From the NCBI GenBank assembly GCA_029553505.1, contig JAKPKY010000167.1, positions 3,501-67,500 on the forward strand: 64,000 nucleotides of DNA, in the 5' to 3' direction. Each line of letters begins with the position of its first letter. Position 1 is the stretch's first letter. Position numbers and translations under genes: made by a program. The notes beneath the pieces are model-generated. The model was not told the DNA's origin and made no database searches. It saw only the letters and a list, made by a program, of their open reading frames with translations. Source of the DNA: Planctomycetota bacterium (GTDB taxonomy: Bacteria > Planctomycetota > Phycisphaerae > SM23-33). Shown here piece by piece: positions 17,921-26,695 of the stretch.

Positions 17921-18790
17921 ATGTCAGCGAGCTTTGCCTGCATCGCGGGGGAGGAAATCTGCCGCCAGTGGAACGCCGGACGGATCGCCGGCGAGCGCAT
18001 CGGTCCGCGCGGAACGCCGTTCGGCTCCAGCGGCGAACTCTACCTCATCGAGTCCGACGGGCACGAGATGTACCTGCTGCCCCGTCACGGGCTGGGGCTG
18101 TCCAAGACCGCCCCCCGGCGGATCAACTCCCGCGCGAACCTCTACGCCCTGAAGGACCTGGGCGTGCAAACGGTGCTGGCCTGGGGGCCCGGCGGGGCCG
18201 TCACCCACAATATCGCCGTCGGAGACCTGGTCATCCTCGACGACCTGATCGACCGCACCTACCTCCGCGACAAGACGTTCTTCGAGGACAAGCCCTTGGG
18301 CTTCCTCCGCCAGTTCCCCGTCTTCTGCCCGACGCTGCGGCGCGTGCTGGCGGAAGTGCTCCACGAGATGAAACTCGTCTACCACGCCACGGGAACCGCC
18401 GCCGTCTGCGAGGGCCCGCGCCTGGAGACGCCGGCTGAAATCCGAATGCTCGGCACCGTCGGCGCGGAGGTGGTCACCCACACGTTCGTGCCCGAGGCGT
18501 TCCTGGCCAAAGAACTCCAGATGTGCTACGCGGCGCTGTGCTACGTGGTGAACTACGCCGAGACGGGCAGCCGGCACCGCCCGCTGGCCGTCGGAGACCT
18601 CTTCGGCGGACTCACCCAGGCGTCCGACGCGGACCGGCTCGCCGGCGCGGTCGGCGCGATGAGCCGGATCGCCGCGAACGTGGCAGCCGCCCTGCCCGAA
18701 CACGCCCCGGGCTGCGAGTGCGCCGCCTCGATGGCCGGGAACGTCCGGGAATTCGACCTGCCCGACGACTGGCGCAAGTGGTTCGAGTAG
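17921..18790 (+). CDS. S-methyl-5'-thioadenosine phosphorylase family (PNP/MTAP) protein
   Basis: LLPRHG, INSRANLYALKDLGV, CEGPRLETPAE and YVVNYAETG blocks are typical of the MTAP family. Start at ATG 17921. Confidence 0.75.
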   Translation: MSASFACIAGEEICRQWNAGRIAGERIGPRGTPFGSSGELYLIESDGHEMYLLPRHGLGLSKTAPRRINSRANLYALKDLGVQTVLAWGPGGAVTHNIAVGDLVILDDLIDRTYLRDKTFFEDKPLGFLRQFPVFCPTLRRVLAEVLHEMKLVYHATGTAAVCEGPRLETPAEIRMLGTVGAEVVTHTFVPEAFLAKELQMCYAALCYVVNYAETGSRHRPLAVGDLFGGLTQASDADRLAGAVGAMSRIAANVAAALPEHAPGCECAASMAGNVREFDLPDDWRKWFE

Positions 18791-18805
18791 CGATCCAGGG
18801 CGAGG

Positions 18806-19777
18806 TCACTGCTTCCGTAGGAACTCGTCGACCTCGCGCGCGGTCGGCAGCGAGGGGATCGCCCCGACGCGCGTGCAGGCCAGCGCCCCGACGGCGTTGG
18901 CCCGGCGGATAATTCGCGTCAGCTCCGCCGCGTCGAGATCGCCCAGCTTCACCCCGCGCCGCCAGTGGGCCAGCAGCTCAACGATCAGGCAGGCCATCGC
19001 GCCGTCGCCCGCGCCGGTGGGCTCGACGCATCGCACGGTGAACGCGTCCACGTGCCCGCTCCGCTGCGCCGTGGCGAAACTCGCGCCGTCCGGGCCTTCC
19101 GATCGCACCACCAGCTGCACGCCGCGGTCGAGCAGCGCGCCCGCCCCTGCCGAAAAATCAGCCCGTTCCGTGACGAACTCCCACTCCTCCAAGCTGACCT
19201 TGGCGACATGCGCGCCGTCGAACCCCTCGAGAATCCGCTCGCGGGCGGCGTTCGCGTCGCGCCAGAGCGAGGGGCGCCAGTTGGGATCGTAGCTGATCAT
19301 CGCGCCGCCCTCGGCCGCCAGGCGCCTCGCGCGATCGGTGGCGGCGCGGGGTCCGGCGTCGATGCGGCTGATCGAGCCAAAATGGAACGCCTCGGCCTGT
19401 GCGAGGTATTCCGCGTCGAGATGGGCGACGTCCAGGCGCATGTCCGCGCCGGGGTTGCGGTAAAAGGCGATGTCCTTCCGCCCATCGCTGCGGGCGGCGA
19501 TGAACGCCAGGGTGGTCCGCACATCGTCGATCGTCGCCAAGCCCGAGACATCCACGCCCGCCCGGGCGACGGTATTGCGGAGGAACTCGCCAAACGGGTC
19601 GTCTCCGACCGCGCCGACGAATCCGCACGATTCCCCCAGCCGCGCCACGGCGACGGCGACGTTGGCCGGCGCCCCGCCCGGCGCCTTGACGAACGTGCTG
19701 GCCTCCGCCAGCGAGACATCCGCCTCGGCCGCGCAAAAATCGATCAGCAACTCGCCCAGGCAGATCACGCTCGGCAT
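18806..19777 (-). CDS. PfkB-family sugar kinase (fructokinase-like)
   Basis: N-terminal GELLIDF...GGAPANVAVAVARLG and C-terminal EPTGAGDG PfkB signatures. Start at MPSVICLG (19777). Confidence 0.8.
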   Translation of the reverse strand: MPSVICLGELLIDFCAAEADVSLAEASTFVKAPGGAPANVAVAVARLGESCGFVGAVGDDPFGEFLRNTVARAGVDVSGLATIDDVRTTLAFIAARSDGRKDIAFYRNPGADMRLDVAHLDAEYLAQAEAFHFGSISRIDAGPRAATDRARRLAAEGGAMISYDPNWRPSLWRDANAARERILEGFDGAHVAKVSLEEWEFVTERADFSAGAGALLDRGVQLVVRSEGPDGASFATAQRSGHVDAFTVRCVEPTGAGDGAMACLIVELLAHWRRGVKLGDLDAAELTRIIRRANAVGALACTRVGAIPSLPTAREVDEFLRKQ

Positions 19778-19825
19778 CAGGCTCCTCCCGTCCTGTTGTT
19801 GTCTCGCTGCCAAAGACAAATCCGT

Positions 19826-19908
19826 GGGTGGCACGGGCTGCTGCAGCCCGTGTTCCTGCGTCTGCGGGAAAACTCACGAACACGGCTTGCCAGCAAGCCG
19901 TGCCACCC
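19826..19908. repeat. REP-like palindromic element pair (two inverted ~28-nt units)
   Basis: GGGTGGCACGGGCTGCTGCAGCCCGTG (19826-19852) and, inverted, CACGGCTTGCCAGCAAGCCGTGCCACCC (19881-19908). Each unit is itself a 9-10 bp hairpin. Related copies lie at 63765-63833. Confidence 0.8.
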
Positions 19909-19922
19909 TCCTTGAGACGAGC

Positions 19923-20216
19923 CTACGGAACGATCGGGCTCCACACGTCGTCGGTCATGCGCTGGATTTCCAGCTTCTCCGTCTTTTTCTTCGTCTTCGG
20001 CTCAAATCCGAGAAGCTCGCGGAGGTCATCCCAGAACGACGACTCCTTTTCGAGATTCGTCTGCTTTCCGAACCACGCGGAATCGGCCGTACCCGTCCTC
20101 GAGGGCATTCCGGAGTCGAAGTAGGTCACGGAGGGCCCGTCGCCGTTGCCGTCCTGCGCGCAGCCACCTGCCAGGAGCATCGCCGCCGCCAGGATGCATG
20201 CCGCATACTTGCCCAT
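19923..20216 (-). CDS. small lipoprotein, unknown function
   Basis: MGKYAACILAAAMLLAGGC has a lipobox (LAGGC). GC3-rich codons. It is the last gene of the ribBA string. Confidence 0.55.
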   Translation of the reverse strand: MGKYAACILAAAMLLAGGCAQDGNGDGPSVTYFDSGMPSRTGTADSAWFGKQTNLEKESSFWDDLRELLGFEPKTKKKTEKLEIQRMTDDVWSPIVP

Positions 20217-20225
20217 GGTTGTACC

Positions 20226-21464
20226 TTAGAGGTTCTCGAGCATGTGCCCGAGCTTGTCCTTCTTGGTCTTCAGGTATCCGCGGTTGCAGTCGTGGGCGGG
20301 AATCTCCAGCGCCACGCGCTCGACGATAGTCAGCCCGAAACCTTCCAGGCCGTATACCTTCCGCGGATTGTTGGTCATGAGCCGCAGCTTCGTCAGCCCA
20401 AGATCGCGGAGAATCTGGTTTCCGACGCCGTAATCGCGCCGGTCGGCCTCGAAGCCCAGGTGCAGGTTGGCCTCGACGGTGTCCATGCCCTGCTCGATCT
20501 GAAGCTTGTACGCGCGGAGCTTGTTGACCAGCCCGATGCCTCGTCCTTCCTGGCGGACGTAGACCAGCGCGCCCTTTCCTTCTGCCGCGATCCGCTCCAG
20601 TGCGGTCCGCAACTGCGGGCCGCAATCGCACCGCAGCGAGCCGAACACGTCGCCCGTGAGGCACTCGCTGTGGACGCGGATCAGGACCGGTTCGTCGTGC
20701 ACCACAGGCTTTCCGTCCTTGTCCAGATCCCCCACGCCGCCGATGCACAGGGCGATGTGCGGCTCGGGATCGACCACCGAGGAATACGCGATGAGCTTGA
20801 ACTGCCCCATCTCCAGGTCGAGGGGGATCTCGACCGCCCGCTCGATGAGCCGCTCGGAGCGCAAGCGGTGGCGGATGACGTCGGCCACCGAGCACATCTT
20901 GAGTTTGTGGGCGGCGCAGAACTTCTCGAGGTCGGGCCTGCGAGCCATCGTGCCGTCTTCGTTCATGATCTCGCAGATGACGGCGATGGGTTTCCGCCCC
21001 GCCAGCCGGGCCAGGTCTACGGCGCCCTCGGTCTGGCCGGTGCGGACGAGTACCCCGCCGTCGCGCGCCCGCAGGGGAAAGATGTGCCCCGGCCGCGCCA
21101 GGTCGCCCGGTCGCGACGCGTCGTCGCAACAGATGCGGATCGTCCGCGCCCGGTCCGCAGCGGAGATGCCCGTGGTGATGCCCGTCGCGGCGTCCACGCT
21201 GACGGTGAAGGCCGTGCCGAACCGCGTGGTGTTCTCCGGAGTCTGCGCGTGCAGGCCCAACTCGTCGGCGCGGGCGTTGGTCATCGGCAGGCAGACCAGC
21301 CCCCGCCCGAACCGGGCCATGTAATTGATCTGCTCGGGCGTGACGGTCTCGGCCAGGCAGACCAGGTCGCCCTCGTTCTCGCGGGATTCATCGTCCACCA
21401 GAACGATCATCCGCCCCGCGCGGAGTTCGTCGAGAATCTCATCGATCGGAGACATCAGGCTCAT
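20226..21464 (-). CDS. ribBA: bifunctional 3,4-dihydroxy-2-butanone-4-phosphate synthase / GTP cyclohydrolase II
   Basis: RibB half (MIVLVDDESRENEGDLV) and RibA half (RVHSECLTGDVFGSLRCDCG). The start is ambiguous (21455, 21464 or 21494). Confidence 0.9.
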   Translation of the reverse strand: MSLMSPIDEILDELRAGRMIVLVDDESRENEGDLVCLAETVTPEQINYMARFGRGLVCLPMTNARADELGLHAQTPENTTRFGTAFTVSVDAATGITTGISAADRARTIRICCDDASRPGDLARPGHIFPLRARDGGVLVRTGQTEGAVDLARLAGRKPIAVICEIMNEDGTMARRPDLEKFCAAHKLKMCSVADVIRHRLRSERLIERAVEIPLDLEMGQFKLIAYSSVVDPEPHIALCIGGVGDLDKDGKPVVHDEPVLIRVHSECLTGDVFGSLRCDCGPQLRTALERIAAEGKGALVYVRQEGRGIGLVNKLRAYKLQIEQGMDTVEANLHLGFEADRRDYGVGNQILRDLGLTKLRLMTNNPRKVYGLEGFGLTIVERVALEIPAHDCNRGYLKTKKDKLGHMLENL

Positions 21465-22128
21465 GGGAAAACGCTCTCGTCGTGTTGGTTTCATCCAACG
21501 GTTTCTGGCCTTCGGCGATGAACCGCAGGCCCAGGCGGGTGTAGGACCCTGCCGCCACCGTGGACAGCGCCACGACCGCCCATCCGCTCACCAAGGCGGT
21601 CCAGCGTCCCAAGCCGTCCAGCAGGGCGTCCATGTCCGGCGCCAGCAGGACAGCCAGAACCATCACCAACTGCCCGAAGGTGGCCGTCTTTCCCGCCAGC
21701 GTGGGCTGAACCCGGAACCGGTCCGTAACCAGATATACTACCACAAACCCGATCATGACGTACAGGTCTTTGCCGACGACCGCGACGACGACCCAGTTGG
21801 GCAGCTCGTGGCCCCGGACGGCCGAGGCGGGCAGCGACAGCAACACCACCGAGCAGATGATCAGCGCCTTGTCCGCCAGTGGATCGAGAATCGCCCCGAG
21901 ACGGGTTCGGGCGTTCAGTCGCCTGGCGAGCACGCCGTCGAGGAAGTCCGAAACGGCCATCAGCGCGAACACGGCGACGGCGGCGTGCCGCGCCCAGCCC
22001 AGGTGTGGGTCGTTCTGGTTGATGACCAGAACGATGAACGGCGCCAGCAGCAGCAGGCGGATCATGCTGACGCGATTCGGCCAGTTGAGGGTGCCCCAGG
22101 GCCTGACTTTGCCGGTCGGTTCGCCCAT
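21439..22128 (-). CDS. CDP-alcohol phosphatidyltransferase (PgsA-like)
   Basis: Motif DFLDGVLARRLNARTRLGAILDPLADK (DGx2ARx8Gx3Dx3D), with multiple TM segments. The 3' end overlaps the ribBA start by 17-56 nt depending on which start is chosen. Confidence 0.8.
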   Translation of the reverse strand: MGEPTGKVRPWGTLNWPNRVSMIRLLLLAPFIVLVINQNDPHLGWARHAAVAVFALMAVSDFLDGVLARRLNARTRLGAILDPLADKALIICSVVLLSLPASAVRGHELPNWVVVAVVGKDLYVMIGFVVVYLVTDRFRVQPTLAGKTATFGQLVMVLAVLLAPDMDALLDGLGRWTALVSGWAVVALSTVAAGSYTRLGLRFIAEGQKPLDETNTTRAFSHEPDVSDR

Positions 22129-22158
22129 GCTCGGATCCCGCCCGCCCCGCCGGGAGGG

Positions 22159-22713
22159 CTATTTTCTGCCGGCGCGCTTCTTGATGTCCAGGTGGAACCA
22201 CAGGGCCCCAACGAGCAGTACCGCCGCCAGCGGCAGCGACACGGCGATCAGCGCGGGCCCGAACTGTTGGATTCGCGAGGGCGCCAGATGCGTCATTCCG
22301 CTCCGCGCGGCGCGCCCCATCAGGAGCATCACGCCCGTAAAGGCGCTGAAGCCCAGCAACAGCACCCCGACGACCAGCAGCAGGGGGATCATGGTGCTCT
22401 TGAACTGGTGGGCGTGGGCCTTGCCCGACTGGCGCGCGTAGGCTGCGGCGCGGGCCTTGCGGGCGTTCGGATCGACCACCAACCCGTTCAGGTCCACCGG
22501 CGGCTCCAACTCGGCCAGGGGAATGGCGCCGTCGCCCTCGGCGGCGTCGGCGGCTGCCAGTGCCTGGGCGGCGTCGTCCTCGTTGATCGGGTGTTCCAGG
22601 GGGTTGTCCACCGGCGCCTCGGGCGGGGTCTCCGCGCCGGCGTCGCTTTTTCCCCCCGCCAGGGCAGCCAGCGCGTCGCTGGCGTCGATGGGTTCTTTCT
22701 GCTCGTCGGTCAT
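22159..22713 (-). CDS. hypothetical membrane protein (acidic N-terminus, two TM segments)
   Basis: GC3-rich ORF in an operon-like string with the PgsA-like gene and ribBA. TM segments MIPLLLVVGVLLLGFSAFTGVMLLM and ALIAVSLPLAAVLLVGALWF. I recognise no motif. Confidence 0.5.
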   Translation of the reverse strand: MTDEQKEPIDASDALAALAGGKSDAGAETPPEAPVDNPLEHPINEDDAAQALAAADAAEGDGAIPLAELEPPVDLNGLVVDPNARKARAAAYARQSGKAHAHQFKSTMIPLLLVVGVLLLGFSAFTGVMLLMGRAARSGMTHLAPSRIQQFGPALIAVSLPLAAVLLVGALWFHLDIKKRAGRK

Positions 22714-22806
22714 GACATTCCTTTACGCACGCTCTTGGGTACAACGTAGAATACTATAATCGGACTATCCCGGGATTGGCAGGTCAATTTTTCCCTCGTC
22801 GAGGGC

Positions 22807-23685
22807 TTGGACATGAACATCCGCAACGCCTTTCGAGCCGGAAGCTTCTACGAGGAAACCCCCACCTCCTGCCGGCATCACGCGGGCAAACTGCTGGACA
22901 GCGCCCGCCTTCCGGACGATCTGCCCGTCACGCTGTACGGGGGGATCGTCCCCCACGCAGGTTGGGTGTACAGTGGTCGGCTGGCCGCCATGACCTTCAA
23001 GGCGCTCGACCAGGCCGGACCGCTGGAAACCGTCGTCCTGCTCGGCGCCGATCACACCGGCGCCGTCGCGATGGCCGAGGTGTTCAACTCGGGCATCTGG
23101 CGAACGCCCCTGGGCGACGTGCCGGTGGACGCGGACCTGGGCGGGGCGCTGGTCGAAATGGGTACACCGTTCCGGGCGAACCCCGAGGCCCACCGGCACG
23201 AGCACTCCATCGAGGTGCAGGTCCCCCTGCTGGCGGCGCTGCGCGCGGGGGTGAAGATCGTCCCGGTGGCCGTTCCGCCCGACGCGCAGGCCGTCGAAAC
23301 CGGCCGGGCGCTCGGACGCCTGCTGGCCGAACGCTTCCCCCGCGTCCGCGTGGCGGGGTCCAGCGATCTGACGCACCACGGCGGGCACTTCGGCTCGCCC
23401 GGCGGGCACGGCAGCGTTGGCGAACAGTGGACACGGCAGAACGACCGGCGTATGATCGACCGCATCGTGGCGATGGACGCCGAGGCGATCGTCGCCGAGG
23501 CCCTCCGCCACGAGAACGCGTGCGGCGCGGGGGCCATTGCCGCTACCGTCGCCGCCTGCCGCGAGATGGGCGCCACGAAAGGCGTGCTGCTGGATTACAC
23601 CAACAGCTATGAGGTCATCCACGAGATGTACCCCAACACCCCCGACGACACGACCGTCGGATACGCCTCGATCGTGCTGGCCTGA
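22807..23685 (+). CDS. Memo-like / AmmeMemoRadiSam system protein B family
   Basis: GGIVPHAGWVYSG, HEHSIEVQVPLL and SSDLTHHG blocks are characteristic of the MEMO1 family. Confidence 0.8.
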   Translation: MDMNIRNAFRAGSFYEETPTSCRHHAGKLLDSARLPDDLPVTLYGGIVPHAGWVYSGRLAAMTFKALDQAGPLETVVLLGADHTGAVAMAEVFNSGIWRTPLGDVPVDADLGGALVEMGTPFRANPEAHRHEHSIEVQVPLLAALRAGVKIVPVAVPPDAQAVETGRALGRLLAERFPRVRVAGSSDLTHHGGHFGSPGGHGSVGEQWTRQNDRRMIDRIVAMDAEAIVAEALRHENACGAGAIAATVAACREMGATKGVLLDYTNSYEVIHEMYPNTPDDTTVGYASIVLA

Positions 23686-23701
23686 AGGACACCCGCTGGC
23701 T

Positions 23702-24691
23702 ATGAAGTTCGCCATCATCGGTTCGTACGGACACCGGAATTTCCTGCTGAACAGTCTGAGCAAGCTCCCGGAGAGCAAGCTGGTCGCTGCAGCCTTGTGG
23801 GGCGACGACGACCCGCTGCCGAACGTTCTCCGCAAGTACCAGACCGACATTCCGGTCTACGACGACTACCGTCGCATGCTCGACGAGGCGCGCCCGGACG
23901 TCGTGGGGATCTTCATGCCCCTGCATCGCCTGGCGGAGGCGTCGATCGAGGCCGCCCAAAGAGGTTGCCATCTCCTCAGCGAAAAGCCGCTGGCCACCAC
24001 GCTGGCGGACCTGGAGACGCTTCGCGGCGCAGTTGCCAGGGCGGGAGTGGAAATTCGAGCGTGCTTCAACCTGCGCGGGTCCCCCGCGTTTCAGGCGGCG
24101 CGGGACGCGATCCGGACCGGCCGCATCGGCACGCCCATCCTCGCCTTCGGACAAAAGAGCTACCCCTTCGCCGACCGCGACAAGTTCTTCGCCAGCCGGG
24201 AAACCTATGGCGGCACGATTCCCTGGTGCGCGATCCACGCGATCGACTTCGTGAGCTGGTGCTGCGGGCGGGACTACGCGCGGGTCGCGGCGCTGCACTC
24301 CAACGCGGTCCATCCGTCCCATCCGGGCATGGAGGACAACGGGGGGCTGCTGCTGGAATTCCAGGACGGTGGAACCGCCCTCATCACATTCGACTACCTC
24401 CGCCCCTGGTCGAACGAGAAACGCTGGTCCTGGGGCGACGATCGTCTGCGGATCGCCGGCAGCGAGGGCGTCGTCGAGGTCGTCGACGAAGGCTCGCGCT
24501 GCGTACTGATGACCCCCGCTGGGCGCGAAGAACTCCCCCTGCCGGGCGAACGCGACCTGCTGGAAGAGTTCGTCGCATTCCTTCAGACGGGACGGACGGA
24601 TCTGCTGACCAGCGCCGAATCGTTCCGCGCCACCGAGGTGGCCCTGAAGGCCCGTGACGCCGCCGACAGCCGGCAAATGGTCGATCTGTAA
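23702..24691 (+). CDS. Gfo/Idh/MocA-family oxidoreductase
   Basis: Rossmann-type N terminus (MKFAIIGSYGH) with the LSEKP motif typical of the family. Start at ATG 23702. Confidence 0.8.
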   Translation: MKFAIIGSYGHRNFLLNSLSKLPESKLVAAALWGDDDPLPNVLRKYQTDIPVYDDYRRMLDEARPDVVGIFMPLHRLAEASIEAAQRGCHLLSEKPLATTLADLETLRGAVARAGVEIRACFNLRGSPAFQAARDAIRTGRIGTPILAFGQKSYPFADRDKFFASRETYGGTIPWCAIHAIDFVSWCCGRDYARVAALHSNAVHPSHPGMEDNGGLLLEFQDGGTALITFDYLRPWSNEKRWSWGDDRLRIAGSEGVVEVVDEGSRCVLMTPAGREELPLPGERDLLEEFVAFLQTGRTDLLTSAESFRATEVALKARDAADSRQMVDL

Positions 24692-24707
24692 CGCCTCTGG
24701 AGTCGCC

Positions 24708-26582
24708 ATGAAACCGAAATTTTCACTTGTGCTGGTTGTGTCGTTGCTGCTGTCCACCCCCTCTTATTCAGCGGAATCCACCATGCCCTCGACCGCTCCC
24801 GCATCGGTGCTGAAAACGCTTCGTCGGGACCACCCCAGGCTGCTGCTGACCGACGCCCAGCTGACTGATCTGAAGGCCGCAATCGAGCGAGGCGACGACG
24901 CGCTGCTGGCCAAGTGTCATCGCGACGTGCTCCGTAGCGCGGACAAGTGCCTGCGCAAGGAGCCGCTTCGGCGCGTCCTGGCCGGGCCGCGCCTGCTGGG
25001 CGTCTCCCGTGACTGCCTGAACCGCGTTTACGCGCTCGGACTGGCGTATCGGCTGACCGGGAAGGAGCAATACGCCGCGCGGGCGGTCGAAGACCTGTTG
25101 GCCGTCTGCGCGTTCGAGGACTGGAATCCGTCGCACTTCCTGGACACGGCCGAGATGAGCCACGCCGTCGGGATCGGGTACGACTGGTTGCATTCCTACA
25201 TGGACGCGCCGACGCGGGCGAAGGTTCGCGATGGCCTGGTGCGCCTCGGCCTGAAGCCTGGGTTCGAAGCCTACGAGGGGGCCCGGTTCGGCTGGTGGCG
25301 GAAATCGACGCACAACTGGAACCAGGTCTGCAACGGTGGACTGATCTGCGGCGCGCTGGCGATCGCAGAGGACGAGCCCGAACTGTGCGGGCGGATCGTC
25401 TCGGAGGCCCTCGCCTCGCTGCCGAAGGCGATGGCCAGCTACGCGCCCGACGGCGGGTGGATCGAAGGACCGGGATACTGGGCCTACGCCACAAACTACG
25501 CCGCCTACGGGCTGGCCGCCCTGCACAGCGCGCTGGGGACGGATTTCGGCATCTCCAACGCCGCGGGATTCGAAAAGACCGGGCGGTTCCCCCTCCACCT
25601 GACCGGGCCGACCGGATTGTACTTCAACTTCGCCGACGTCCACGAAAACGCCCGCCGGCGGACGCAGCCGGTGCTGTTCTGGCTGGCGAAGCGATTCGAT
25701 GATCCGGCGTTGGCCGTCGCAGAACGAGCCGCCCTGGAACACCATTCCGCCGACCCGCGCCACCTGATCTGGTACGTCCCCGCGCCGGACCGCCAGCCGG
25801 GGCCCCTGCCGCACGACGCCTTCTTCACCGGCGTCCAGGTGGCCTGCCTGCGCAGCGCCTGGTCCGAAGACGCCCTCTTTGTCGCCGTCAAGGGCGGCGA
25901 CAACCAAGCCAACCACGCCCACCTCGACCTGGGCAGCTTCGAGTTCGACGCGCTGGGGGCCCGATGGGTTCGCGATCTCGGCAGCGACGATTACAACCTG
26001 CCGGATTATTTCGGCAATTCCCGCAAACAGAACAGTAAACGCTGGAGTTACTACCGTCTCGGAAGCCTCAGCCACAATATTCCCCTCCTCGACGACGAAA
26101 ACCAGAATTGCCTGGCGAAAGCAAAGATCGTCCGCTTCGTCGCCGACGAGGACGCGGCACTGGCCGTCGTGGACCTGTCCGAGGCGTACGCGCCCAAGGC
26201 GACACGCGCCACGCGCGGGCTGGCGCTGCGCGACGGACGGACGCGCCTGCTCGTGCAGGATGAATTCGAGCTGGCGGTGCCCGCCGAGATTTCCTGGGGA
26301 ATGACCACCGACGCAGCCGTCGAGGTTTCCGGCGACACGGCCGTGCTCAAACTCGGCGACAAGACGCTTCAGGCGAAAATTCTTTCGCCCGCCGGGGCGA
26401 AGTTCGAGGTCGTCTCAGCCGAGCGCCAACCGCCCGAAAAGCCCAACACGGGCGCTCGTCGGCTGATCGTCCGCGTACGCGCCGAAAAGGGCCTGACGCG
26501 CCTGGCCGTGCTGCTGTCGCCCGTGCGGGCTAATCGCTCCCTTCTCCCAGCGCCGGCGCTGAAGCCCTTGGCGAAATGGTGA
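24708..26582 (+). CDS. secreted heparinase II/III-like polysaccharide lyase family protein
   Basis: Signal peptide MKPKFSLVLVVSLLLSTPSYSA. NHAHLDLGSFEFD block and an alpha/alpha N-terminal region as in the heparinase II/III / alginate-lyase superfamily. The last 10 codons lie inside direct repeat R1. Confidence 0.7.
   Translation: MKPKFSLVLVVSLLLSTPSYSAESTMPSTAPASVLKTLRRDHPRLLLTDAQLTDLKAAIERGDDALLAKCHRDVLRSADKCLRKEPLRRVLAGPRLLGVSRDCLNRVYALGLAYRLTGKEQYAARAVEDLLAVCAFEDWNPSHFLDTAEMSHAVGIGYDWLHSYMDAPTRAKVRDGLVRLGLKPGFEAYEGARFGWWRKSTHNWNQVCNGGLICGALAIAEDEPELCGRIVSEALASLPKAMASYAPDGGWIEGPGYWAYATNYAAYGLAALHSALGTDFGISNAAGFEKTGRFPLHLTGPTGLYFNFADVHENARRRTQPVLFWLAKRFDDPALAVAERAALEHHSADPRHLIWYVPAPDRQPGPLPHDAFFTGVQVACLRSAWSEDALFVAVKGGDNQANHAHLDLGSFEFDALGARWVRDLGSDDYNLPDYFGNSRKQNSKRWSYYRLGSLSHNIPLLDDENQNCLAKAKIVRFVADEDAALAVVDLSEAYAPKATRATRGLALRDGRTRLLVQDEFELAVPAEISWGMTTDAAVEVSGDTAVLKLGDKTLQAKILSPAGAKFEVVSAERQPPEKPNTGARRLIVRVRAEKGLTRLAVLLSPVRANRSLLPAPALKPLAKW
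26551..26582 (+). repeat. direct repeat R1 (left flank of the PEP-CTERM island)
   Basis: CGCCGGCGCTGAAGCCCTTGGCGAAATGGTGA is 30/32 identical to 31454-31485. Weaker similarity extends ~30 nt downstream. Confidence 0.85.
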
Positions 26583-26590
26583 CCGGCTGG

Positions 26591-26663
26591 CCGTTTCCAC
26601 GGCACCGAGATGGCCCTGAAGGCCCGCGACGTCGCCGACGAACGGCGGATGGTCGAGTTGTGA
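26591..26663 (+). pseudogene. remnant of the 3' end of a Gfo/Idh/MocA paralog
   Basis: 26603-26663 aligns without gaps to 24631-24691, the end of the intact Gfo gene, at about 50 of 61 nt by hand count. The stop is at the same position. TEMALKARDVADERRMVEL* versus TEVALKARDAADSRQMVDL*. No upstream gene body is present. Confidence 0.65.
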
Positions 26664-26695
26664 CGAGCGCCCCGCCGAAACGCGGAAACCGCCTC

